DNA from: Macrostomum lignano
Lineage: Eukaryota
DNA length: 64,000 nt
Assembly (NCBI GenBank): GCA_002269645.1
Contig: NIVC01001492.1
Span: 3,094-67,093, forward strand
Direction: 5' to 3'
In this document: piece by piece, positions 11,701 through 24,623 of the stretch
Position numbering within the stretch: the stretch's first letter is position 1
Layout of the letters: each line of letters begins with the position of its first letter
Program-made: the position numbers and the translations under genes
Notes under the pieces: generated by a model
Told to the model about the DNA's origin: nothing
The model's input: the letters and a program-made list of their open reading frames with translations, nothing else
Databases searched by the model: none

Positions 11701-13013
11701 GTTTTGAGCTCGGTCGATGCCGTAGGCCACAATGCACAGAATGGAGGCGATCCACAGCAGGTTGGCAAACATGTTGGTCATGCAGCGCAGCAACCGCAGC
11801 CACTGAGGCGTTGTCGGCGGCGGCGTGAGCTCGTTGCTACCGTACAGTTCGAGCCTACGTTCGGCTTCGGATTCCTCTAAGCCCGATTCGGCGTCCGTGC
11901 CGAGTCGCTGGAGGGCAGAGAGAGAGTGAAGATGAGAGTTGCTTTTGTAGATAAGTTTAATAGTGAATCAAGGTTATTTGTCCAAAGCAAAAAATTCAAA
12001 ATCCCCAAGCTCTATGGTCAGGTAAAAGCTGTGTTCATTAACCAGAAACGGAGCCAATAATGTAATCATGGCCAACGAACATTGTGCATGCACATTGTTA
12101 CAGCAGTTCATCAGGAAACGCAAACGCTAGCTGGAACTGCAACTCCTCTTCTCCTTTAACAACATGGAGGCCGATATATATCAAGAGGTGAATAAAAATT
12201 GCAGTAAATATTCGTGTTCAATAAACATAAAAATCAGGGGGGGGGGCAAGATGCTTAATGGATTAGCATAATGTTTTTCAATAACAGGAAGCTCTAAGCT
12301 GTAAATCCTCCCCCTAAGGTGAGGTCTTTCACCGCGTTGCTTTTGTGACGTTCTAATGCGTCTGGCAAACGGTAAGTCTACAGCTGTAGTTCCAGGAACG
12401 TTGCTTAGTTCTTTGAAAAAGGAAAAAAGCACAGAAAATCAAAAGACGGCAGCGGTTTAGACAGGCTTTAGCTAATTAAGGAATTGGAACTGGTGTACAG
12501 TACAGCTGGTCAGGCCAGTTATTTTGGGAAAAATTTTTTTTCGGAAAGATGCTTTCTCGGGTTGAACAAACGTGTTTTTTACATATACGAATAATTGAAG
12601 TTTTTTCAAACATTGGTAGGTAACAGTTTGACATGCGCAACACTTTTGTTTAAATAAAGGCTCGCAGATATATTAGCACTGAAAATTACCTGCATCAACT
12701 CCGCTACGGGAACTTTGTGATCGTCAATTTCAATTTCTTTCTTCAAGTCGTTCAGTTCGCGATCTTTCCGCATCACATCCGTGTTGTTGATGTTGTAAGG
12801 CACATCGGCGCTGCTGTCTGCAGGAGGCCTCGGCGCCGGCCAGAGGAGTCGCATCCACCAGCTGCGAATGTTTCGAAAATCGATGATTGACGTCAGTGAC
12901 GGCCGGCTGTCGTTGACCCTGACCGGCTGTCTTCGTTGGCGAGCGTAGCGATACTCGCGAAGAATTACACTGCGCGCAGCCAAAGGCGCTCGAAAACCCT
13001 GATGGTCTGGCAT
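2708..13013 (-). CDS. ATP1A: Na+/K+-transporting P2C ATPase alpha subunit, complete, 8 exons, about 1086 aa
   Basis: Exons 13013-12690, 11907-10929, 10836-10705, 9744-9530, 7304-6933, 6002-5546, 4765-4217 and 2940-2708 are all GT-AG and phase-consistent (3261 nt total). Motifs seen: [76 protein letters not shown] and C-terminal ETYY. The start Met is uncertain. Confidence 0.96.
3183..3322. repeat. 21-bp minisatellite GTGTTACAGGTGACAGACTCA (about 6 copies), ATPase intron 7
   Basis: Tandem copies read directly. Confidence 0.9.
3917..4190. repeat. 23-bp minisatellite GCAGTCATCACTGAGGATTCTGT with 28-bp variants, ATPase intron 7
   Basis: Tandem copies begin about 25 nt from the donor at 4216. 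Confidence 0.9.
6058..6752. repeat. 11-bp minisatellite AACAGCCTAGC/AACAACCTAAC with an internal duplication of about 250 bp, ATPase intron 5
   Basis: Tandem copies; the variant caggctag at 6212 recurs at 6463. Confidence 0.9.
7405..9445. repeat. 20/21-bp minisatellite GGGGTCATTGGAATGGTACA (about 2 kb), ATPase intron 4
   Basis: Tandem copies; accounts for all the EWYRG/MVQG ORFs in the track. Confidence 0.95.
9775..10572. repeat. 22-bp minisatellite TGTTAGACACAAAGACTCGGAC, ATPase intron 3
   Basis: Fills most of the intron and ends about 30 nt from the acceptor at 9745. Confidence 0.95.
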
Positions 13014-13624
13014 ATTCTTTTAAATATTCAGGAGATTTGATGTGTCGCAATTTCAGAGCTGAGTCTGGAGTCTGGCTTGTTGAATTGAAACCCGGGTAAG
13101 TTGACGACTTGCTTCATAAATGCCTCAATGCCATAGACTAAAGCTCACGAGATAATTAAAGAATGTACTAATGCCATTCTTTCGGTTTTGAAGAATTGAA
13201 TGATTTTTAAAAGTACATATTGGCTTTGACTTCGCAGTACTTACTTTTAAATACACGCAAACCCCAGCCTTAGCACACTAATTCGCGTAATTATTACTTG
13301 CGACGAACTGCATCGATTCGTTGGTTCGTTACTAAATCGAGTTGATTCAATACTCTCAGCATTCCTCTCCCTCCAACTGCTCTGCTTCCGTCTGTTCTCA
13401 GATTGAGTAAAGACGAGATCGGTAAATCAGTCCGTTTCGATTAGCTTTAGCAGGCATGATGAAGAGACAAGAATCCAGTTGCGGCGTCTGCATGAAAATC
13501 CATAATTATTGAGTACCAAGGCATGTTTCATGGTTTAGAAATAGGAAATGTTTTGACTGCAATTTTTAATGCGCTTGTAGATTGCGCTTCTATCTCAGCG
13601 TGTTCTGCTGCAATTGTGAGGCAG

Positions 13625-13790
13625 GGAGTGAGGGAGAGGGTAAGCTTGATAGGGTTAGAGATGGTGAGGGAAAGGGTGAAAGAGGGTGAGTGAGGGAGAG
13701 GGTGAGTGAGGGAGAGGGTGAGTGAGGGAGAGGGTGAGGGAGAGGGTGAGTTAGAGGCCAGTGAGAGGGTGACGGAGAGAGCTCAAGAGA
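13625..13790. repeat. Purine-rich repeat of about 16 bp, GAGAGGGTGAGTGAGG
   Basis: Short degenerate tandem array. Confidence 0.7.
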
Positions 13791-14807
13791 GGTAGGGGCG
13801 ATGGTAAGGACGAGGTCGAAGGCGAAGGCGCAGGCACATACGCGTGGGTACCGCATTGCATTCAACCCAGTTTGACATTTAACAACAATGAGCAGCTCAG
13901 ATTCAACCGGCTCAAAGGTTAACAGCATTCGTGAAAAAGGACTGAAATGCCATGTATACTTGCAAAGTTTTTTTGGAACATCATTGCACTTTAACAGCGG
14001 GACTTTCCCTCGATGTTTTTTCAATTATGTATGCTTCATCTATCATTTCTGATTTTGATTTACAATGCAGCCCGGTTCCTAACAAAACTGATAATCAAAT
14101 TCATGCAGACTCGCCATGGGGGGGCTACCAGGCAGGCAGACGGAGAAATTAAAATTGCAAAAAGCATGACAGACTGAAGCGAAAAATTTGGTAGCCATGC
14201 ACGCATGAAGAACGGATGAGCGATTCGTAACTCTCGCACTTTTTTTGAGCCGCTGCTGCGCCCCCAGAGCCGGCTTCCTTCAGATCCCCGGGGATCTCAC
14301 TCGGTCGGGGCTGCGCATGAGCGAGAGTCGGGAGGAGAAAGGGAACCCCGGCATCCCTTCACTCCTGCTCTTCCCAGGTCTCAGCTGCTCGAGACTGGGG
14401 AACTTTTTCTCGCAGGCCTCGCCCTGCCCGCCATGTCGCTGTCAATACAGGGGCACCAGGCAAAGGAGGGAGAGCCAGGGAAAGAAACTCAATAAGCGCA
14501 AATCCGTCTGCACAAAGCGCAGTATTTGACAGAGAAATCTGATCGCCAAGGGATAAGCGGATTTCGCATGGGCTCGCATCGGTAGCAGACAGACCACTTG
14601 GAACTTGAGCTTCCTTAATGAGCAGATTGTCCAGTACAGAGGCTAGTTGTGTAATCTGTGTGCAGCATCGGAGAGAGTTAAGAGTGCAATGGCCAGACAT
14701 TAGTTTTATGAGCTAGTATGATGATCGACGATACCCTGCCATCAGCTTAGTCAGCAGATGGAATGGGTTACCGCATTTACCGCCAGCGCTGCAAGTTAAG
14801 CGACCAG

Positions 14808-15352
14808 GGTGCTGGCGCCCCTGGTGCTGGCGCCCCTGGTGCTAAAGCCCCTGGTGCTGGCGCCCCTGGTGCTGGCGCCCCTGGTGCTGGCGCCCCTGGT
14901 GCTGGCGCCCCTGGTGCTGGCGCCCCTGGTGCTGGCGCCCCTGGTGCTGGCGCCCCTGGTGCTGGCGCCCCTGGTGCTGGCGCCCCTGGTGCTGGCGCCC
15001 CTGGTGCTGGCGCCCCTGGTGCTGGCGCCCCTGGTGCTGGCGCCCCTGGTGCTAAAGCCCCTGGTGCTGGCGCCCCTGGTGCTGGCGCCCCTGGTGCTAA
15101 AGCCCCTGGTGCTGGCGCCCCTGGTGCTGGCGCCCCTGGTGCTGGCGCCCCTGGTGCTGGCGCCCCTGGTGCTGGCACCCCTGGTGCTGGCGCCCCTGGT
15201 GCTGGCGCCCCTGGTGCTGGCACCCCTGGTGCTAAAGCCCCTGGTGCTAAAGCCCCTGGTGCTAAAGCCCCTTGGTGCTAAGGTTCCTGGGTGCTAAAGC
15301 CCCTTGGTGCTAAGGTTCCTGAGTGCTAAAGCCCCTTGGTGCTAAAGCCCCT
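14808..15352. repeat. 15-bp GC-rich minisatellite GGCGCCCCTGGTGCT (variant AAAGCCCCTGGTGCT)
   Basis: More than 30 tandem copies, decaying at the right end. Confidence 0.95.
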
Positions 15353-16285
15353 GTAAAGACAGCTGTGTAGCTATAGCTATGATTTGACTGAGCATTTAAA
15401 AAAAGCATAGTTAGGAACAACAGTAACCCCCGCTAGGAGTTCACTGCTATCGTCAGACAATAACGTTAACTGTTAATACAATAGCTTCACAGAGGAAGAA
15501 CAGCCATTGTGTCAACATCAGAAATTTCCAACTGTCGATTGCCAACTGTCTGCTTTTTTTCATTTAAAAAGCCTTCATCCAATTTGCTAGAAGCTAGAAA
15601 TAGCTACCAACCACCAGCTACTCAAAAGCTGTCAGATAACATTGATTAGTCCAGACTACTGCTAGGGGTGCGCTGTCCATAATGCAGATCCCATGGGACA
15701 GCGGGAACAACTGGTCAAGAACCCGACGTCCAATCACGGGTCTCTCAGGCCGCTTCTAAGTCCCGCACCAGCCAAGAGTGGATGAGTAAAGTGCCCACCA
15801 CAAAGCCTAAAAAACACAAGCAGATCGCTCAGTTTTGACCTCCTTTGCCGCACACTTGACTATCAGTTACTTGTTGGCATCGATTTAAAAAAAACTCTAA
15901 CAAAGGAATCAAAATTAACATTATAAGCAGAGCGACTGCAGAGACCAAACAGTCAGGGCGGAGCGCCGCCCTAACATGCTGTCCTTAAAACTGCCTCTAG
16001 CGCGGCAACTTCAAGCAGAGCTCAGTCAACCCTCGAATCGAGTAACAGTTCATTAAAATCGTAAAGTGAGAACATCATGGAGATACAACAAGGAGGTGAG
16101 CAGTTGTGTATCTACCATATCTGCTATTCTCCGATGAAAGCAATTGTCACTAGTCTCTTGTAGCTAAAATAAATATCTTGTTGAAAACAGACCTTTTCTG
16201 ACTGGTTCTAGTACATGATAAACTTCTATCTTTCTTGAACTATATAATTTTGACTTGTAAGATTTTTCTTCTGGTTAGACATAAT

Positions 16286-16599
16286 CAGGGGCGTCGCCAT
16301 GAGTTATATGGTGGGGGGACAAAGACAATTATTTAACGTGTACATGTACATTTCTATTATTTTGAGAATCGTGTTGTCAGCGCTCATTTTAGCGCCGCAG
16401 GCATTCCTTTTAGCGCCATAGGCACTATTTTGGCGCCGAAGGCGCTATATTTGATATTTTAGCGCCCTGAAAAAAAATTTTTGATTACCACAACGGGTCA
16501 CAAGGTGGGGTGGGGGGGACAAAGCATTGGCATGTCCCCCATAGCATTTACTGGAGGGGGTCATGTCCCCCCTGTCCCCCCCCGGTGGCGACGCGCCTG
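16286..16599. mobile_element. hAT-type MITE (314 bp)
   Basis: TIRs CAGGGGCGTCGCCA / TGGCGACGCGCCTG; perfect 8-bp TSD GACATAAT at 16278-16285 and 16600-16607. Confidence 0.9.
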
Positions 16600-17146
16600 G
16601 ACATAATACACCTACTAAAAGATTCGTAATCTTCTTAGGACCACAAAGCGGCTCAATATTAGCTTAGCTTATACAATAAAGCTTTAAAATTGAGTTAGTT
16701 TTTTGCCTTAATCCCACCTGATTTAGATTAGCACAAACCGCTAATATCGTTCGTATGCAACTTCTAAGTCGATTTTATTCGAATATTTGTTCCTGTCATT
16801 CAGGATAAAAAAGTTTTATAAGCCTTATCATTGGATTACCAGTTGAGTCATTTTTTCGCCTCCTAATACAGACGGCCCTGCAAAGCTGGATATTTCTGAT
16901 GAAGAGACGGCTGCTCACTTTCCCTCTTACAATTGAAGGGCGCACACAGCCGTTTCCGATTAGCTGTCAATAGCGACTCATCAATCATCCATGCAGGAAC
17001 ATTATAGTCCATTGCCCAACTGCGATAACTCCCACGCGCTCAAGTGCATACAGATTTTAATATTTCTCTCAATATTGCTTTCCAAATAGGAAATCAAACA
17101 GAACAATATCCCCAGCTAAACCCAGCTTGGCAACGAAAAAACAATT

Positions 17147-17900
17147 CTAGTGATACGCTTTGGTCGCTGCCCTGTCCTGTTCTGCGTACACCTCAGCTCC
17201 GTGAACTATATGCTTGTAGGTAGCTGCATGTAGTGCTTCCTTGACAGTACGAAGGGCAGTGAACATTCGCCCAGAGTTGCATAACACCAACCGAAACGCC
17301 TTGGCGGCATCTTTTGATCTCATCTTATTAACCCCGGCATACCTAAGAGGCCAGGCATGGAAATACCAGTACAGTATAGGGGCATTAATTCTGCTTGAAT
17401 TGCTGCTCTGCGTCACACCGCGTATCAGATGGCAACTTTGTGCATCACATTGGCACAATTGCATTCACTGTGCCACATTCAGCTAGTGTGAGAAACACTG
17501 ATGCACCTTTGCAGCATTGCTTTGGCATCTGAGCTGGTCTAACACAGCTCCTTGACAGTGAAACCCCGATACATTATTTAGTTGGTTTGAGTCACAGGGC
17601 AGGCCACAACCGCGAGGGAGCTTTGATGAGGCAAAAGTACCTTGAAAAGTCACGCAATTCTCAGGTGTACAAAGCGATGCAGCTGATAAGAATCAGTCTT
17701 TTTAGCACTGAACTGTGTTGATCCACAGAGAGAGCAAAGATGAGATTTTCCAGGCGCAGACGGTTGTCGATGGAAGAAAATTCTACATCAAACTGTGAAC
17801 AGAGCCTTAGATCAATACATAAGAAACGAGTGGCAAAATTTTTGTCGGGAGAGAGTAGGGAGAGTTTGCGAAGCAGCAACAGCATTGCTTAGTATAGTAG
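17147..17900 (-). pseudogene. Decayed non-LTR (RTE-like) reverse transcriptase fragment
   Basis: Broken frames give FSSIDNRLRLENLIFA..IALY (like FDSIDR..L..IL..LY), DAKAMLQR, and LRYAGV...AAKAF...TYKHIVHGAEVY (like LLYGAETW). Recognised from memory of motifs only. Confidence 0.45.
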
Positions 17901-20900
17901 ACTAGCACAACGCCCCCCTCAACGGAATTAGCTGGGTGGGGAGGCGTGTCTAGGGAGTTGGCCAGTGCGAACTGAATAGAAAACATCTGCGCCCTATTCA
18001 AGGACCTGCCTTCCCTTTGCACGCTTCCCGAGACGGGCCCTTCTCATCCTTCACACCGTCTGTCAAATTCTGCAATCCACTTCAGCCTGGCTGTGCCAAC
18101 TCTTCAACTAACGCTTCATCGCCTCTCTTCAGTCTGTGGATCAGGATGGCCCCGCAGTGTAAATGGTCGCACACTTGACTCAACTTTAGCCCACAGCACA
18201 AACAGGAAGCTGACAGGGAGCCCCCTGGGTAAGAAGCAGCATATATAGGTTGCTACAACTTGGCTTTTCCAGGAAAATCTGTGCTCCATCTGCCACGAAC
18301 AAGGCCTGATAGCTTTTCGACTCAGACAAACAATACTTGAAGGTCTGCGTGCCGTAAAAGGAGAAACTGCATACGTGTCTGATGTGTGTGGGGTAGCAGA
18401 GAAGGCGGAGATAGCGGCTGAGGGCAGACCTGATGCAGCATCTCGTGATTCTCCTCTCTGGCCGCCTACTGAGCAATACTGTAGCTGAATGCCAGCGCAT
18501 GTGGGTTAGCTTTACAGGAAATCTTCCCTATGCTCCACGAGAATCCGTCCGCGTCGCTCTCCGATCCCCCCTCTTCTCTCGTCTCGCATTTCTATCCGGT
18601 TCGCATTTCGATTCCTTTCCTGAAGCAGAGGCTCCTTTCCGCATTCTTTTCGCGCTTGCACCGAGCCACATTGGGGCGGATGGAGTCCCTACTCTTGTAG
18701 AAAACAACCTCATCAGCTCTAATTTTCAGACGAGCGCGCTAGTTGAGAAAAACCCGTTTGCGTGTCGCGAATTCGAATACAGAAGCTCACGATTTTTGGC
18801 TAGCTTTGTATTAATAAATCAACTCGCGCCTTTTGCCGAATGTAAGTTTCTAAGCTTAGATTAAAATCTGGAAGGCTGATTATTCAAAATCATATATTGC
18901 ACTTTTCATAAGTACTTTGGGCCTGATGAGAAGCAAAAAGGAAGCACGAGAGCTATAAGAAGCAAACTTTGAGCTATATTCAGTAAAAAATTTTAAAAGG
19001 TTACGCTTCAGTTGATGTTGCAAGTGCTTCTTTGCTTGAGCCGCGAGACAGTCTTAATCTGCTGTAGTCGGACACCTATCAGATGCTCAATATGGCTCAG
19101 TGTGCTCTGCACCACACGCAGCTCAGGCGACTAAACCTAAGCCCGATCTATAAGTTGGTCACGTGTTAGGCCTTTGCCCCCACCCCAGGTTGTGGTCTAT
19201 TTTTAGGCTTAATCGGCGATTGAATGAATGTCGGGTCGCGAGTCATTTGCATCCTGAGGACTGACTCGTCCTCGCCGTAGGGATCTGTGTGGCAGTGCTA
19301 TTACGAGCTAATATGTGAATTAAAAGAACTAATCTGGAATTATTAACTAGCTATATCTGGATGAATTGATACTTTTACCAGAAAAAATCTGTGAAACGAT
19401 AGATCAGTGTCATGCATTGAGGACTAGAGGATCTCTATTTTGTTGAGCACGAGTGGAACACAAGATAGACCTGATAGCTTGGACCTCTCGTTCAGGATGG
19501 CCGTCTGATATAGAAACTATTTGGTCCGGTGGCTTGGTATTAGATTTCCGAAGCAGTGAAAGGGACGAATATGCGCGGTAAAAAAGAGGCTGAATTACAG
19601 CCTAAAGTCTCTCTGCGGTGCAAAGTACTTCTCGCTCCCATCCCTCACTCGCTGTGTGAGCTCTCCACTCCATACGCATCTAGCGGTCTCCGTCCCAACA
19701 GCCTTTATGTCTACCCACTCTGTGTGGAGGAGAAACTTCAGTCCCCTGGATCTTTAAGCAGCGTGCAAAGAGAGTTTGGCGGCTGGCTACGCTGTATACT
19801 TTCCTCTCTTCTCAATTTTAGGGTCCTTTTGAGCTCAGTCTGCGCTAAATTTGTTGGGTCAGCATTTTTAGAGTATTGGATCGAGAGAGAGAGATTCTGG
19901 ATTGGACTCAATCCTATCCACTTGTGAGTTCTAGGCCTGAGCTGAAATTGCTGGGGAATTGAGACCAGGTCAGGTCAGCGGCCTGCCAGAGCTCATTCAC
20001 TCTGTTCTGCACTTACTCCAGTTGGCTCTCTTTTAGAAGAAACACCCAAATTAATTTTTGGTGAGAGGCAGATATAGTCCTCATGTGATTAAGTATTGGG
20101 CATGATTGAGTCGAAAACAATGTACACAGTCTAGCACTAAGCTCGTTAAAGTGCTTTGAAAGAACACCGTTTGCTTGCAGTCCTGCATAATCCCCGGGGC
20201 TCAAAGGCCTAAAAGCATAGCGAAGGCTAGAATCTCATAAATCATATTTAACGAGCCCGGTCTGAGTCTGAGCGCCTGTCAGATGTCCATATTTAACTAT
20301 TAGTTAACCTTTTAAGCTTATACTTCTCCTGTTTACACCCAAGTCAGTAAATTGCAGTCAGCAAGGATGCTCACCATGCACGGTGCCATCTTGAGTCGGT
20401 TAGCCTGTTGTATAAATTATCCGCAATTCTATATAGACACCGATAGAGCGTTAGAGCGAGAGCTGGAAGTTTAGCATTGTCAACCCAGGCTGTAGAGAGA
20501 AACATACCTATGGGGGACGGAATGCGTCCTAATTAATTATTAATGAGGTCGCCCCCCCGGTGGTCACTCCCTGCTAGGCCTCAGGCGCGGCACCCGTCCA
20601 GGTCCGGCTATCCCTTGCCATCTTTTATATATTTCTCTGTTTCTCAACGATAGTCACTTCCGCTCTCTACCAGAAAGAACAGTACCGCAGCTGGGCACCC
20701 CCCGCGCACTGGTACTTTTCTAAACTACTAGGCGCGTACAAAAAAGCAAATTCTGTCAACCGGTTGAAGAGCTGACAGACTTGTGTGTACACTGGCACTG
20801 TTGAAACTGCGATATAGTCAGAGAAAGAGAGAGAGGCAGACAGACAGAGGGGTAAATCATATATAGTACTGAGCTACCTCTGAATACAATCAATAAAAAA

Positions 20901-22074
20901 ATGTACTGTCAAGATAGCCAGAAGATCAATAAATCATTTGCTTGACTGATCATGTTTGAGAAACACTGACTGATAGAAGATTTTCGTTGACGATCTATTG
21001 TGTAAATATGAAACGCGTCTATAATATTGCCAATAAAACTGCGACATGATTTATTTCCGAGGTTTTACTAAAACCCTAATGTACTTAGATTGCAGAAAAC
21101 TAATAGTGGTCCTTGTTTAGCCAACTAATTTTTAACAGTCATAATTTTCTTTTACTTGACCGTAAACTTGCAGATTTAAGTGTAAAACGTTAGCCTAGCA
21201 AGCGTGGTTGAACGGGCAGCTTCCCCCCCACAGCCTTTTATGAATGCATTTGGCAGGCAGCCACTGACTGTACGAGTTCCCAGTCGAGGACTGGGATCGG
21301 GACAAATCAACAGGGGGAGTCCCATGAGGATTCCTGCAGTTCCCGCTTATGCGGCTACTGCTGCTGCTGACTTTTATTAGAATTGTTGGCTGGTTGGTGA
21401 GAGAGTGAGTGAGATGGAGCTTGGCAGAGAGGCTGGAGTGCCCGAGTGGAGTCCCTAATTGGAGTTTGAATAGCATTCTCGGGCACATAAATGAGTCTGT
21501 ACATGCAGAGCCCCGAGTCTGTAAGTACAGTAAGCCCGAGCAGTGACAGCGATCCGAGCTGAACTGTAAATGAGCCAGTCGCCTTGGTCATTAGTTTGCT
21601 TCAACTGGGAAGATTTCTTGAAGCCAACATGACGCAGGCAAAGTCCGTCCATCCACAAGGTTTGTTAAACGAATAACTGATCAAAGGACTGTTGGCACGG
21701 TAAAAGCTTTTATTAAATAAGTCGGCTGAAAGTCTGTGAGGAATTTTCGTCCTTAAAAATAGGGACTTGCCTTCGCTTCAGTGCAGCAGATTAATGCGAC
21801 ATACTTAATGCACTTTATCAATATAATTACTGCTTACGCGTGAACTAGGTTAAAATCATGTACACGTATCAATATATGCTGACAACGAAAACAGAAAATG
21901 TTTAGAAAAGGGAACAGACAATGGGCGGAGAGTGGGAGGGAGAAATGAGTAGGATTGGGGGGAAATAATGGTTGAGGAGAGCGATGGTGCGGGAAAGCGA
22001 GCTTGAGGTAGAATTGGGAAAGACAGAGTCAGATCGATAGTGAGTGGATTTTTTGGGGTAAAGCGCGGATGTGT

Positions 22075-22810
22075 GGAGATTGAGAGCGGATAGATGGGGT
22101 AGAAGAGCGGATAGATGGGGTAGAGAGCGGATAGATGGGGTAGAGGAGCGGATAGATGGGGTAGAGAGCGGATAGATGCGGGATATGAGCGGATAGATGG
22201 GGTAGAAGAGCGGATAGATGGGGTAGAGAGCGGATAGATGGGGTAGAGGAGCGGATAGATGGGTAGAAAGCGGATAGATGGGGTAGAGAGCGGATAGATG
22301 GGTAGAGAGCGGATAGATGGGGTAGAGAGCGGATAGATCGGTAGAGAGCGGATAGATCGGTAGCGAGCGGATAGATCGGTAGAGAGCGGATAGATCGGTA
22401 GAGAGCGGATAGATTGGTAAAGAGCGGATAGATGGGTAGAGAGCGGATAGATAGGTAAAGAGCGAATAGATGGGTAGGGAGCGGATAGATGGGTAGAGAG
22501 CGGATAGATGGGTAGAGAGCGGATAGATGGGTAGAGAGCGGATAGATGGGTAGAGAGCGGATAGATCGGTAGAGAGCGAATAGATGGGTAGAGAGCGGAT
22601 AAATGGGTAGAGAGCGGATAGATGGGTAGAGAGCGGATAGATGGGTAGAGAGCGGATAGATGCGGTATAAGAGCGGATAGATAGGGTAGAGAGCGGATAG
22701 ATCGGTAGAGAGCGGATAGATGGGTATAAGAGCGGATAGACGGGGTAGAACAGAGGATAGATGGGGTAGAGAGCGGATAGATGAGGTAGAAGAGCGGAAA
22801 GATAGGGTAG
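22075..22810. repeat. 19/20-bp minisatellite GAGCGGATAGATGGGTAGA
   Basis: Tandem copies; accounts for the 331-aa SIRSLPIYPL ORF. Confidence 0.95.
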
Positions 22811-23591
22811 AGGGCAGATAGGGGAACGACAGAGAGGGAATGAGTAGGACTGAGGGTTAAAATAGGAATACACGTGAAGGGGAGATGGAGTGGTCATTAT
22901 AAAACTTACAACATAAAAATTAAACTTGAAGTTGGTTAACCAGATCTAAACTTTCCAACGAAATTCTGTTCAAGTACCAAATATTATTAAAATGGATTGA
23001 AAGCTTGAGAAAGTGTGACAGGCACCCGACAGTTCAATCGTGGAGCGGAAAGCAGCCAAAGTCGCTGTTGGTGTCTAACAATAGTTGAATGCATAACACA
23101 GTAATAGTACGTAGCTTTCTGCACTCCTGATAATAGAAATTTTGATGGGAAATCTCCATAGTTAAACATCACCCCCCCCAGATAAATAAACTGGAAGTTT
23201 GTAATCAGCTAATGGAGATGATATAAACCTTCGTGTAGATAGATTGGTCCATTGTTGGTACTATTAGTAGCTAAATGTGAATATGCATATTGATTTCGTG
23301 TGATGATGTATTGCTAACTATTTCTGTTGTTTTTCCTATCAATGCGTCTGAACTACACTCGTAGATAATTTGTGTGCCTATGTCAGTATTTATTGCGTTT
23401 ATCTGACAAAATAATGATGAAAGCATGATGGCTACCTGAGTATAACTATGGGGTACAGGGGGAGGGCAGGCCATGAGACACCGCAAGTCAATTTCCTGTC
23501 AGTAAGCATTTAATTTCTTTTGAGTGCACTCCACTCCACAGCCCCCAGGCTGATGGTGAAGTGGGTGGGGGGAGGAGCGCAAGCCTCCACT

Positions 23592-24623
23592 CAGTGGCAT
23601 AGCCAGGAATTTCATTGGGGGGGGGGTTGGCCTGGCGGGCCATGCCTTATGCCATTGCCATTTTAGCGCCACAGGCATTCATTTTAGCGCCGCAGACACT
23701 CATTTTAGCGCCGCAGGCACTCATTTTAGCGCCGCAGACACTCATTTTAGCGCCGCAGACACTCATTTTAGCGCCGCAGGCACTCATTTTAGCGCCGCAG
23801 ACACTCATTTTAGCGCCGCAGGCACTCATTTTAGCGCCGCAGACACTCATTTTAGCGCCGCAGGCACTCATTTTAGCGCCGCAGGCACTCATTTTAGCGC
23901 CGCAGGCACTCATTTTGGCGCCGCAGGCACTCATTTTGGCTTCGCAGTCACTCATTTTGGCGCCGCAGTCACTCATTTTGGCGCCGCAGGCACTCATTTT
24001 AGCGCCTAAGGCACTCATTTTAGCGCCGCAGGCACTCATTTTAGCGCCGCAGGCACTCATTTTAGCGCCGCAGGCACTCATTTTAGCGCCGCAGGCACTC
24101 ATTTAGCACCGCAGGCACTCATTTTAGCGCCGCAGGCACCCATTTTAGCGCCGCAGTCACTCATTTTAGCGCCGCAGGCAATCATTTTAGCGCCGCAGGC
24201 ACTCATTTTAGCGCTGCAGTCACTCATTTTAGCGCCGCAGGCACTCATTTTAGCGCCGCAGGCACTCATTTTAGCGCCGCAGGCACTCATTTTAGCGCCG
24301 CAGGCACTCATTTTAGCACCGCAGGCACTCATTTTAGCGCTGCAGTCACTCATTTTAGCGCCGCAGGCACTCATTTTAGCGCCACAGGCAATCATTTTAG
24401 CGCCGCAGGCACTCATTTTAGCGCCGCAGGCACTCATTTTAGCGCCACAGGCAATCATTTTAGCGCCGCAGGCACTCATTTTAGCGCCGCAGGCACTCAT
24501 TTTAGCACCGCAGGCCCTTAATTGCCTCATGGTTTTTGGTACTCGCCGCGCCCAACCCCACCCCCCAGGCGATTGGGGGGGGGGGGGGCCACGGCCCCCG
24601 CCCCCCCCCTGGCTATGCCACTG
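23592..24623. mobile_element. hAT-type MITE expanded by an internal 21-bp minisatellite (GCACTCATTTTAGCGCCGCAG, about 40 copies)
   Basis: TIRs CAGTGGCATAGCCAGG / CCTGGCTATGCCACTG; 8-bp TSD CCTCCACT (23584-23591) versus CCTCCACC (24624-24631). Confidence 0.88.

Noticed and set aside
13800-14060. Possible Harbinger transposase fragment (EQLRFNRLK...)
   Set aside because: The resemblance is too short and broken, with no catalytic motif or TIRs found
14763-15297. Elastin/flagelliform-like GAPGA ORF with an ATG
   Set aside because: A 15-bp unit is open in several frames on both strands by construction; there is no signal peptide, synonymous variation or splice context, and the array decays out of frame
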